A stretch of DNA of 63,122 nucleotides from a candidate division WOR-3 bacterium (GTDB taxonomy: Bacteria > Hydrothermota > Tepidihabitantia > B3-TA06). The notes beneath the pieces were generated by a model that had not been told where the DNA came from, did not search any database, and was given only the letters and a program-made list of their open reading frames with translations. A program made the position numbers and the translations under genes. Positions 41,435 to 49,517 of this stretch are shown here, one piece after another. Within the stretch, counting starts at the first letter, position 1. Every line of letters begins with the position of its first letter. The stretch covers positions 1 to 63,122 of the forward strand of contig JAGMDF010000109.1 in NCBI GenBank assembly GCA_023128825.1, in the 5' to 3' direction.

Positions 41435-43284
41435 GGGTTTTTCTTCTTCTGATGGCGGGCGTTCCTTCGCAGGGTGTGCGCGAGTTCCTTATCCCCACCT
41501 CACCCATAGCGGCACTTTACGCAGAGGCATTGGTCGCCTCGCAGGAAAGGGGTGCGTTTCTTGCCAACCCGGCACTCGCTGTCGGAGAACCCTACCCCTG
41601 CGTCCACCTTGCACATACCGAGTGGTTTGCCGGGACCCGCAGGGAACGCGTTGACTTCCTCTTACCCACAACCTGGGGCACGCTTGGGTTCGGGGCGAGC
41701 GGCTTTCATGTGTGGAATCTTGAGCATCGGGACGACCCGGACGACGATCCGGAGACCTTCCCGGCATACAATACAGACGTTGCGTTAAGGTATGCACGAG
41801 GTATAGGAAGATTCGCTTTAGGCGCCGAGGCCGGGGTATTCTTCCAGCACATCTACCGTTACTCAGCAACAGGGTTTCACGGATCGCTAGGTGCGAGCTT
41901 TAACAAAAAACCATTTTCTGTTGGACTTTCCATGATCGATCTTGGCCCGAACGTAAAGCTCTCGAACGAAGCCACACCCTTACCGGCCAGGGTCCAAGCA
42001 GGTGCATCCTGGAATCCTTCGCTGCCCCTTAATATCCAAACAGGTATCTCCTATGCTTTTGACGGATCGTTCAACGCATCGGCAGGGATAGACGGAACGT
42101 TATTCAAGCTCCTTCATCTGCAATTCGGCGGCGGATACGGTACGCGTCCACGCGCAGGTGCCGGAGCCTCGCTTGAGTTTAAACATCTACAGATCGGTTA
42201 CTGCACGGTGTGGAGAGCAGGAATCGGATTAACACACCACATGGGTGCAGCCGTAATCTTCCCTCCGTCCGAACGTGAAGACCCCCTTACGGCAACAATG
42301 ATGCAAACTTCCCGGACGTTCGTTGAAATCGGAAAGCGCGACATGCTGAATCGGGACTACAAGCACGCCGCAGAACAGTTCGATCTTGCGTTAGTCTGGT
42401 GGCCGGATAACCACGAGGCCCAGGCCGGTTACAACGACGCCCTGGCAAAGGAACGAGAGCGGCAGATAAGCCTGCATCTTGACGCGGCCCGCTCACACCA
42501 GGAAGTAGACGAGTATCTGGATGCACTGCGTGAGTACGAGTTCGTGCTCTCTTTAGCCCCTGACAATGCGCTCGCACTCTCAGGAAGGACCGACATGCAG
42601 CTGGAAATGGAACAGATACCTATACTTGCAAAGGGGCAACTTCCCGAAGATGCGGTTAGACTATTCAAGGCAGGTGTGGAAGCCTTCCGCAACGATCGCT
42701 TCAAGCAAGCGCTTGCCTACTGGCAGGAGGTCAAGGAGCGCTTCCCATATCTTGAAGAGATAACCCCGTTCATAAGCCTTGCATCCCAGCGCAGATACGA
42801 GCAGATAGACAGCCTCATGCTGGCCGCTTACGCCGCCCGGGAGCGGGATGCATTGCCTCAGGCCCTCAAGCTGGTAGAGCAGGTTCTCAAAATTGACCCC
42901 ACAGAAGGTCGAGCGCATACCTTTAGAGAGGAAATAACGAGCTTGATACACAGAAAAAGCTCCGAGTTGCTGTCCGAAGCCTTGGACTACTTCGATTCCA
43001 GACGATACGATCTTGCGGCAAAGACGTTCAATCAGGTGCTTGCGATAGACCCAGGCGATCCTACGGCCAAACGATACCTTGAACGTCTGCAAAAAGGGGA
43101 AAAACTCAAACAATCCGATCTGGAACAGCTTAACGTATCCGCTACAAGTGCCTACGCCCTGGGTGATTACGATACCGCCATCCGTATCTGGGAACAGATA
43201 CTTGCCATAGACTCGACCTTTGCAAATCTCCAGCGGAACCTTGAACGCGCAAGACGAAAACAAACCATGCTTGGCACCCCTTGA
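41431..43284 (+). CDS. fusion of a putative outer-membrane beta-barrel (PorV/PorQ-like N-terminus) with C-terminal TPR repeats
   Basis: The start overlaps the upstream stop (ATGA). The first 275 aa have alternating beta-strand-like patterns and an ...ANPALAV motif. The remainder is TPR-like (YKHAAEQFDLALVWWPDNHEAQAGY...). The CDS call is confident; the functional call is tentative. Confidence 0.8.
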   Translation: MRVFLLLMAGVPSQGVREFLIPTSPIAALYAEALVASQERGAFLANPALAVGEPYPCVHLAHTEWFAGTRRERVDFLLPTTWGTLGFGASGFHVWNLEHRDDPDDDPETFPAYNTDVALRYARGIGRFALGAEAGVFFQHIYRYSATGFHGSLGASFNKKPFSVGLSMIDLGPNVKLSNEATPLPARVQAGASWNPSLPLNIQTGISYAFDGSFNASAGIDGTLFKLLHLQFGGGYGTRPRAGAGASLEFKHLQIGYCTVWRAGIGLTHHMGAAVIFPPSEREDPLTATMMQTSRTFVEIGKRDMLNRDYKHAAEQFDLALVWWPDNHEAQAGYNDALAKERERQISLHLDAARSHQEVDEYLDALREYEFVLSLAPDNALALSGRTDMQLEMEQIPILAKGQLPEDAVRLFKAGVEAFRNDRFKQALAYWQEVKERFPYLEEITPFISLASQRRYEQIDSLMLAAYAARERDALPQALKLVEQVLKIDPTEGRAHTFREEITSLIHRKSSELLSEALDYFDSRRYDLAAKTFNQVLAIDPGDPTAKRYLERLQKGEKLKQSDLEQLNVSATSAYALGDYDTAIRIWEQILAIDSTFANLQRNLERARRKQTMLGTP

Positions 43285-43335
43285 CCTTGGTAAAAATACG
43301 CTTAGACTAATCTGTAAATTATCGAGAGGTGAAAG

Positions 43336-43722
43336 ATGAAAAAGGTAACCTTAGCCGTCCTGACGACAGCCCTATCCTTATTTTTAGTGTCTCTGGCGTG
43401 CAGTAAAGGGCCCCAGCCGCCCCGGCTCCTCTACCCGGAGGACGGGGCAATCCTGCTCAACCTACCCTTTTACTGGTCAACCGTGCCTGAAGCAGAAAAC
43501 TACTTCTTCGAGATCGCCACAGACCAGGTCTTCGCAAACGTTATCATTGATGAAGTCCTTACAGACACCGCCTACCAGATTCAAAACACTGAGATTTTCC
43601 AGACAGGCATCATGATGTACTACTGGCACGTGTATTCCGGGGACGACAAGAATTGGGGCGAGGCTTCCGAGAGACGGTCATTTACCCTCGCCGGTGGAGG
43701 TAAGTCTTGGGGAAGCTTTTAA
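43336..43722 (+). CDS. small lipoprotein with Fn3/Ig-like module (paralog 1)
   Basis: Lipobox LVSLAC. LLYPEDGAIL...YWSTVPEAENYFFEIATDQVF...YYWHV...WGEASERRSF. Confidence 0.8.
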   Translation: MKKVTLAVLTTALSLFLVSLACSKGPQPPRLLYPEDGAILLNLPFYWSTVPEAENYFFEIATDQVFANVIIDEVLTDTAYQIQNTEIFQTGIMMYYWHVYSGDDKNWGEASERRSFTLAGGGKSWGSF

Positions 43723-44096
43723 TGAAAGCCTTTGCCGCCGCATTCGTTGTGCTGATCTTCTCAACTCTTGCCTGCCTCCTAAGCCCGGATTCGCCAGGCC
43801 TTCTTTACCCACCCGACGGCGATACCATCTCAGGAAGCCAGGTTACGTTTTCGTGGAGCGCGGTCGAGGATGCAACCAACTACAAGCTGGAGATTTCCAG
43901 TGACGAGTACTTTACGAGTACCGCGGTGAGCGAGGACTCGGTTGACGGCACCTCCTACACTGTAGACCTGGGGTACGCAACCAGCCCTTTGAACGGTCAG
44001 AGCACCTACTACTGGCACGTGGCGTCTTTTAAGGAGGGCTGGGGTTCGTGGTCCGGGGTGCGCAGCTTCTACAACGCCAACCAGGAACACCCGTAA
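43707..44096 (+). CDS. small lipoprotein with Fn3/Ig-like module (paralog 2)
   Basis: Lipobox STLAC. LLYPPDGDTI...FSWSAVEDATNYKLEISSDEYF...YYWHV...WGSWSGVRSF. The stop lies in an R7 unit. Confidence 0.8.
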   Translation: MGKLLMKAFAAAFVVLIFSTLACLLSPDSPGLLYPPDGDTISGSQVTFSWSAVEDATNYKLEISSDEYFTSTAVSEDSVDGTSYTVDLGYATSPLNGQSTYYWHVASFKEGWGSWSGVRSFYNANQEHP

Positions 44097-44109
44097 CCCG
44101 TAACACACC
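44086..44109 (+). repeat. short R7 array (gaacacccgtaacccgtaacacacc)
   Basis: It contains the TAA stop at 44094-44096. Confidence 0.75.
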
Positions 44110-44185
44110 TTCGCCTGACACGGCCACATCATCGAGATCGAGTAAGCCACCATCACCAACCACTGGAAGGCGGAGGGGATGGGGG

Positions 44186-44213
44186 TTGACAACCCTACAC
44201 CACTACATATTAT
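44186..44213 (+). promoter_or_regulatory. sigma70-like promoter (TTGACA-N16-TATTAT), leaderless configuration
   Basis: The ATG at 44219 is 5 nt after the -10, and there is no SD. Confidence 0.45.
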
Positions 44214-44218
44214 TAATT

Positions 44219-44899
44219 ATGACCTTAGAAGAATTTCGCGTCGCCTTCAAAGAACTCAGAAGTAGAGGATTTATACCTACGTCACGCCGTGGCCCAACAG
44301 GAATAGGACATACAATTGAGACTGCTTTAGGCCTAGAAGAAAACAACCTTGCAGTTCCTGATCTTGGCAAGATTGAGTTAAAAGCACACCGTGATGAGTC
44401 CACAAGTATGATTACGTTATTTACCTTTAATCGAAACGCTTGGGTTATGCCCCCGTTAGATGCAGTAAGAAAATACGGGACTCATGATAAAAATGGCCGC
44501 TTAGGTCTATATTTCACAATGAGCCTTAAACCTAATAGTTCTGGTCTTTTTCTTAGGGTTGAGGATGAACAGATTTTTATTCAACACGTTTCTGGAGAAA
44601 TAGTAGTAAGGTGGAGATCAGAAGATTTAGCTGACCAATTTGAAAGAAAGCTACCCGCTCTTATTCTAGTTACTGCTCAAACGGAACAACGCGTAGATAG
44701 GGAATATTTTTGGTTCTATCGCGCGAGACTCCTTTCCGGGACATCACCAAGGTTGATTGCAGATCAAATACGCGTAGGCAATATTCTTGTCGATTTAAGG
44801 TTACATGATGCAGGTACTCGAGCGCGAAATCATGGTACAGGTTTCAGGACATATGAATCAAAACTACCTAATCTTTTTGAGCAGGTGGAAGAAATATGA
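44219..44899 (+). CDS. type II restriction endonuclease, MvaI/BcnI family
   Basis: GPTGIGHTIETALGLEENNLAVPDLGKIELKAHRD...ITLFTF and ...LILVTAQTE...ILVDLRLHDAGTRARNHGTGFR align by eye with BcnI as I remember it (GVVGQILERQFGVQENNITLGDLGEFELKG...; GPHDRGPHLRIP). PD-(D/E)xK core. Confidence 0.8.
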   Translation: MTLEEFRVAFKELRSRGFIPTSRRGPTGIGHTIETALGLEENNLAVPDLGKIELKAHRDESTSMITLFTFNRNAWVMPPLDAVRKYGTHDKNGRLGLYFTMSLKPNSSGLFLRVEDEQIFIQHVSGEIVVRWRSEDLADQFERKLPALILVTAQTEQRVDREYFWFYRARLLSGTSPRLIADQIRVGNILVDLRLHDAGTRARNHGTGFRTYESKLPNLFEQVEEI

Positions 44900-45837
44900 A
44901 TAATATAACCAACTCCAAAGCTAAGTCTGAGACAACACCTACAAAAACGTCAGAACCCAAAAAGTTGGAAATAAACCATCAGCGCACGTGTAATTGTCCT
45001 CAGAGTCACATAAACTGCCTCACAGGAAAGGAATGGGTTAAGAAACAAGTTGCTATTTGGGAATGCTACTATGAAAAAAGAGATATCCGTGATAAAGATG
45101 TTCACCCAGCGGCTTTCCCTATCTCATTACCTGCGAAATGCATAGAGCTTTTTACACATCGAGGTGAACTAGTTATAGATCCATTCGTAGGGACAGGTTC
45201 TACTTTGATAGCCGCACAAGATTTAGGAAGAAACGCAGTCGGATTTGATCTCCAAAAGGAATACGTTGTTCTTTCAAACTCAAGACTTAAGGAACCTACT
45301 TTGTTTGGGTCAGAAACTGAACAAATTGCTATTCAAACGGACGCCCATGATATTCCACTTTATCTTAATGAAGGAACTGTAGCACTTGTCGTCACTTCAC
45401 CTCCATATGCTAATATGCTGAACACTAAACGCCGAAATAAAAGCATGCGGAGTGACCTTCGAAAGAAACATTACGGGAAAGTGCTTCAGTATTCAAATGA
45501 CCCACGCGACTTAGGTACTATGGAAGTCGAGCAGTATTCCCAAGCTTTAGCTGAAATCTATGGGGGAATTCTTCCCTTGTTGAAACCTAAAGCCCACTGT
45601 GTGATCAACGTAAATGATTTGTGGATTGACAATCAACGAATCGTTATTCATAAGTATGTTATTGATGCTCTCGAATCGGTGGGCTATGAATTACGCAACA
45701 TCATCATATGGGACAAACGTAACCTCGTAAATAAGGTTGGGATCTTCGGTTGGCCTAGTAACTACATCACTTTAACTGTAACTTTTGAATACATCCTGGA
45801 TTTCTGGAAGCCTGCAAAATTAGTTCGTAGGGACTAA
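44896..45837 (+). CDS. DNA methyltransferase with TSPPY catalytic motif (probable N4-cytosine)
   Basis: AdoMet motif I is VIDPFVGTGSTLIAAQDLGRNAVGFDL and motif IV is LVVTSPPYANM. It overlaps the endonuclease gene by 4 nt. Confidence 0.88.
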   Translation: MNNITNSKAKSETTPTKTSEPKKLEINHQRTCNCPQSHINCLTGKEWVKKQVAIWECYYEKRDIRDKDVHPAAFPISLPAKCIELFTHRGELVIDPFVGTGSTLIAAQDLGRNAVGFDLQKEYVVLSNSRLKEPTLFGSETEQIAIQTDAHDIPLYLNEGTVALVVTSPPYANMLNTKRRNKSMRSDLRKKHYGKVLQYSNDPRDLGTMEVEQYSQALAEIYGGILPLLKPKAHCVINVNDLWIDNQRIVIHKYVIDALESVGYELRNIIIWDKRNLVNKVGIFGWPSNYITLTVTFEYILDFWKPAKLVRRD

Positions 45838-45890
45838 CCTTCAGGTCAGCCCGTGTATTATTCGGGCCGACTTAAAAGTCGGCCCCTACG
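45826..45890. repeat. inverted pair of R3 REP-like elements
   Basis: cGTAGggactaaccttcaggtcagccc - gtgtattattc - gggccgacttaaaagtcggcccCTACg. The first copy contains the methyltransferase stop codon. Confidence 0.8.
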
Positions 45891-45945
45891 TTTTGACTCC
45901 TTAATACCCCATACCGTTCATACCTCGGGCGCGGGGCACTCGCCT

Positions 45946-46014
45946 GGCGTGTATTTTATCAGGATTGAGGGCGACGCGTCAGCTACCACTCAAAAGGTGA
46001 TCTTGATCCATTAA
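45946..46014 (+). pseudogene. terminal fragment of a T9SS-type CTD
   Basis: It reads GVYFIRIEGDASATTQKVILIH*, the canonical end of a sorting domain, with no upstream ORF. Confidence 0.5.
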
Positions 46015-46076
46015 CTCCCCCTCCCTGGTTGAGGGGGTAAGGGGGAGGGGATACACCCCAAAAACCCTCAAAAATA

Positions 46077-46182
46077 CCCCAAAATCGCCCCATTTTTGTC
46101 CATCTTTTGTCCATCTTTTGACCAGCTTTTGACCAGCTTTTGTCCAGCTTTTTTGTGACGAGTTGCACTCAAACCTGACGAG
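46077..46182 (+). repeat. R8 long copy with five tandem 11-nt units
   Basis: TTTTGTCCATC x2, TTTTGACCAGC x2 and TTTTGTCCAGC (46094-46148), then ttttttgtgacgagttgcactcaaacctgacgag. It shares blocks with 355-415. Confidence 0.85.
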
Positions 46183-46244
46183 CAGAACAATAGAATGGGG
46201 CGAGCAGATGTCGCGAGCAGGGGGCGACTAATTGTTCTTCCACC

Positions 46245-46298
46245 CATAACACACCTCCCTATCACGCTGAAGGAGTGTGTGTTACGGTGTGTTACGGG
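46245..46298. repeat. R7 units in inverted orientation (cataacacacc ... gtgtgtgttacggtgtgttacggg)
   Basis: The imperfect inverted repeat can pair about 9 bp across a 13-nt loop. It abuts the -35 at 46299. Confidence 0.75.
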
Positions 46299-46326
46299 TT
46301 GACAGAGACGTATCAGTCCTTATCAT
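46299..46326 (+). promoter_or_regulatory. sigma70-like promoter (TTGACA-N16-TATCAT), leaderless configuration
   Basis: The ATG at 46332 is 5 nt after the -10, and there is no SD. Confidence 0.45.
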
Positions 46327-46331
46327 CCCCA

Positions 46332-46889
46332 ATGGAGGAAAGGCTCCGGATCAACGCAGAGGACATAGCATTTGTAAAACGTGCGCTTGCAGACGACCGC
46401 TCGGCGCAGCGCGAGCTGGTTCGCCGCTATCAGGGGCCGATCTTCGCATACATCTACCGCTGGATGCGCAACCGCGCCGACGCCGAAGACCTGACACAGG
46501 ACGTGTTCATCAAGATGTTTCGCGCACTTTCTACCTACTCCCGCAAATCAAGCTTCCGCGCATGGCTGTACCGCATCGCGCGCAACCGGGTCATAGATTT
46601 CATTAGGCGCAAGAAACCGGCAGCAATCAATATAGATAAGGTAGTGATAGCTGGTAAAGGCTCACCGGTCAAGACCTATAGCCGTGCCGCGACAACAGAA
46701 ACCATTGAGGACACGATCGCTGAACTACCGCCGATCTACAGCGAGGTTCTGCTCCTAAGGCACCGAGATGAGTTAACTTATGAAGAGATTGTAGATGCAA
46801 CCGGCCTGGTCCTGGGAACGGTGAAGGCGAGGTTGCATCGCGGCCGGGCCTTGCTGCGAAAAAAACTCGACGAGGTGAAACTTTTATGA
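46332..46889 (+). CDS. ECF-type RNA polymerase sigma factor
   Basis: DAEDLTQDVFIKMFR, FRAWLYRIARN and region 4 PPIYSEVLLLRHRDELTYEEIVDATGLVLGTVKARLHRGR. The upstream part of the track ORF is encoded by R7 repeats and was rejected. Confidence 0.92.
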   Translation: MEERLRINAEDIAFVKRALADDRSAQRELVRRYQGPIFAYIYRWMRNRADAEDLTQDVFIKMFRALSTYSRKSSFRAWLYRIARNRVIDFIRRKKPAAINIDKVVIAGKGSPVKTYSRAATTETIEDTIAELPPIYSEVLLLRHRDELTYEEIVDATGLVLGTVKARLHRGRALLRKKLDEVKLL

Positions 46890-47449
46890 GCGAAACACCG
46901 TCTGCCAATGTGATGGACTGTACCGAGACCAAAAAATTGGTCCAGCTGAGGTTGGATGGCGAGGAGTTGCCCCCGGAGCTAAAAGGGGCATTTGAGGGGC
47001 ATCTGTCATCGTGCACAAGATGTGCTGCGTGGGCTGCCAAGATGGAGACTATGATCGCCAAAGTGACCAGGCTGCACGAACCCAGGCCTTCTTTTGGATT
47101 TGAGTCCAGGCTCATGTGTGCGCTCGGGCTTTCCACGGTGCCTTTATGGACTAAATGGGCCGCAGGCGTGGCTCTGGGACTGGCAGGTGCCTGGTGTGTC
47201 GTTTTACTTCTGGTTGGAGAGAACGCCGTTTTCCATGCACGGGAGGGTCTTTCACTTGTTCCGCGTGCACTGCACTTTAGTAAACTCATCTCTTACCTGC
47301 GCCCTAATCTTGCCGGACGTCTGCCGGATATACTCAGTTTAGGATCTATCTTGCTTGGAGCAATGGCAATACTGCTTGTGTCGGGTATCATCGCCAGCCG
47401 GATGTTGACGAGGGCGCGTACAAAACCACTCACAACCAGAAACGCATAG
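46886..47449 (+). CDS. anti-sigma factor (zf-HC2 type), membrane-anchored
   Basis: HLSSCTRCAAWAAKM motif plus TM segments. It overlaps the sigma gene by 4 nt. Confidence 0.85.
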   Translation: MSETPSANVMDCTETKKLVQLRLDGEELPPELKGAFEGHLSSCTRCAAWAAKMETMIAKVTRLHEPRPSFGFESRLMCALGLSTVPLWTKWAAGVALGLAGAWCVVLLLVGENAVFHAREGLSLVPRALHFSKLISYLRPNLAGRLPDILSLGSILLGAMAILLVSGIIASRMLTRARTKPLTTRNA

Positions 47450-47462
47450 TTATGGAGGCTCG

Positions 47463-48602
47463 ATGCACCCTTTCCTGTGTTGCCTGACCTTCTTAATACT
47501 GATCGCCGCCCCTTTCAGGGCTGAAGTTGAGTCAAGTGTCGAATCTTCTGAAGATAGCACCTCAACACAGCTCTCTATCCATATCCCCCCGGACTCGCTG
47601 CATCCTTCTGACATTGTCATTACCGGCAACGCCACGATAGAAGGAACTGTCGAGGGCGACATTGTAATCTCTGAAGGTACGCTTACGTTAGAAGGAAGCA
47701 CAGAAGGCGATGTAGTTTTGATTGGAGCAAACTTCTCCATCTCAGGAAACATCAAGGGAGACCTCGTGGCGATCGGTGGAGAAGGAACCATTTCAGGCAA
47801 TATAGAGGGAGATGCTGTGTTCATCAGCGGCGTCTTGACGCTCGACTCAACCGCAGTTATTGAAGGTGATCTAACGGTCGTAAGCGTGGAGCTTGAAAGG
47901 GACCCTGCAGCGGCAGTAAAAGGCGATGAGACCGAGGTTTCGCTGGGGCCACTGGGCAAGCTGCTCGCAGGTGTTCTTTCCCGTCGTGTGCCACCAGGCA
48001 GAGTAGAGGCAGGTAAGCCTGTCCATGCGTTTGCGTCAGGTATAGTTTTTATTGCTTCGTTTGCTCGTCTAATCTTGATTGCCGTTCTGTATCTTTTGGG
48101 TCTGCTTATGCTTGTGGTTTTGCCGCGCTGGCAGCGCCGCTCGGGGTTGGTAATCGAGCGCACGGTCTGGAAGGCGGTACTTACAGGTGTGATTTACCGG
48201 CTGGCAGTGGGAGGAATCTTCGCCATACTTGCGATTTCTATAATAGGATGGCTGCTTGTGCCTTTAGCCGTGTTAGGATGGGCCTTTATTGCACTTATGG
48301 GCATCCCACAAGCATTCCTGTGGGTTGGAGGATGGATTAAAAAGTGGCTTCGATTTTCATTCGAGTCCCGGATTGGGCTTTATTCCCTCGGATTTGTGGC
48401 GATCTACCTTGTTAGCATCGTTTCAAGCATCCTTGCGATCTTTGGACAGGGTATAGGCCTTGCTGTGAGGATCACCTGCGTGATCGGCTTCCTCATCATC
48501 TTCGCGGTGATGACCGTGGGACGCGGCGGCATCATATACACGCTTATCTTCCCTCGCGAAGTGCGTGCGTTGGAAAAACACCTCAAACCAGGAGCCGAAT
48601 GA
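47463..48602 (+). CDS. membrane protein with extracytoplasmic bactofilin-like (polymer-forming beta-helix) repeats
   Basis: Signal peptide, then repeated G(D/N).(V/I)..G....(E/I)G(D) units (TIEGTVEGDIVISEGTLTLEGSTEGDVVLIG...), then about 5 TM helices. Confidence 0.85.
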   Translation: MHPFLCCLTFLILIAAPFRAEVESSVESSEDSTSTQLSIHIPPDSLHPSDIVITGNATIEGTVEGDIVISEGTLTLEGSTEGDVVLIGANFSISGNIKGDLVAIGGEGTISGNIEGDAVFISGVLTLDSTAVIEGDLTVVSVELERDPAAAVKGDETEVSLGPLGKLLAGVLSRRVPPGRVEAGKPVHAFASGIVFIASFARLILIAVLYLLGLLMLVVLPRWQRRSGLVIERTVWKAVLTGVIYRLAVGGIFAILAISIIGWLLVPLAVLGWAFIALMGIPQAFLWVGGWIKKWLRFSFESRIGLYSLGFVAIYLVSIVSSILAIFGQGIGLAVRITCVIGFLIIFAVMTVGRGGIIYTLIFPREVRALEKHLKPGAE

Positions 48603-49432
48603 AAAAGGGTAGGAAGCGAACGTTTTTTGCCAGCCTCGGCCGCGGGCTGGGCGATCTTTTGGCTAAATACAATCGCCGCAACGGTCCGCTTCTGGCCAAG
48701 GGCTTGGGGTTCAGTTTCCTTTTTGGGTTGATCCCTCTTTTATTCCTTTCCGTATCCCTTGCCGGTTACCTTTACCGTGTAGCGCCAAACCTGCAGCGTT
48801 TCATCACCGAGGAGTTCCTGGTCTTCATACCCTCTCAAGCTCGAGCGGTGCTTCTCTCACACATAACCACCGCGGCAGGCAACTGGAGCGCTATCGGGAT
48901 ATTGGGTATTTTAATCCTCCTGGGTGTCTCGATGGCGCTCTTCGACTCTATCGAACGTGCCCTTGCCACGATGCTTTCTGCCCCACGACGCAAGTTCCAC
49001 CTCGGCAGGCTCATATCCCTTGCTCTTATGGTGGGTGCGGTGCTTTGCTTCTTCGGTGCCGCGGCACTTTCTACAACCGCAACCTACTTCCGCAACGCCA
49101 TCTCGTTTTCACCTGCTCTTGTCTACTGGGGCGGTAAGGTACTCTCCGGCTTGATGTTCGCGTTCATACTCCTGGGTCTTTACTATCTCTTTGCACGCAG
49201 GCGTCTTCGCTTCTGGCCTACCCTGGGCATAGCGCTTGGAGCCTCGCTGGCATGGCAGATTATAGTATCGTTGGGCTCGGGTTTGATCCGCTACGCAGGA
49301 CGCAGGGTGGTGATCTACGGTGCACTGGCCTGGGTGACGGTGTTTTTGATCTACATGAGAGTCTTGGCCGAGCTTATCTTGTTCTCGAGCCTTTTGGTGA
49401 GCCGCGCATCGCCGCCCTCCGAAGGCGAATAA
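48599..49432 (+). CDS. YihY/BrkB-family membrane protein
   Basis: The N-terminal LAKGLGFSFLFGLIPLLFL pattern and six hydrophobic segments are typical of the family. Confidence 0.8.
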   Translation: MKKGRKRTFFASLGRGLGDLLAKYNRRNGPLLAKGLGFSFLFGLIPLLFLSVSLAGYLYRVAPNLQRFITEEFLVFIPSQARAVLLSHITTAAGNWSAIGILGILILLGVSMALFDSIERALATMLSAPRRKFHLGRLISLALMVGAVLCFFGAAALSTTATYFRNAISFSPALVYWGGKVLSGLMFAFILLGLYYLFARRRLRFWPTLGIALGASLAWQIIVSLGSGLIRYAGRRVVIYGALAWVTVFLIYMRVLAELILFSSLLVSRASPPSEGE

Positions 49433-49459
49433 GCTTCCTTTTATCAAACAATTAAGACC

Positions 49460-49487
49460 TTGACATAACCCATCTTCCGGATAGTAT
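49460..49487 (+). promoter_or_regulatory. sigma70-like promoter (TTGACA-N16-TAGTAT)
   Basis: Followed by an AAAGGAGGAG SD and the ATG at 49518. Confidence 0.5.
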
Positions 49488-49517
49488 TTTTCCTGTAGAC
49501 ATCCCAAAGGAGGAGAA

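Noticed and set aside
46094-46148. The 11-mers TTTTGTCCATC as DnaA boxes or a replication origin.
   Set aside because: They match the TTATCCACA consensus at only about 6 of 9 positions. There is no dnaA/dnaN context or AT-rich unwinding element, and a second copy of the element sits at 355-415.
45983-46265. ORFs 45983-46168(-) and 46068-46265(-), and the 46275/46277 extensions of the sigma ORF.
   Set aside because: They are read straight through the R5/R8/R7 repeats (for example the KSWSKAGQKMDK periodicity that comes from the 11-mers).
46669-48163. Minus-strand ORFs 46669-47289 (206 aa) and 47450-48163 (237 aa).
   Set aside because: They are antisense to the sigma/anti-sigma and bactofilin-repeat genes. 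Their Ser/Pro/Thr-rich translations have no motifs.
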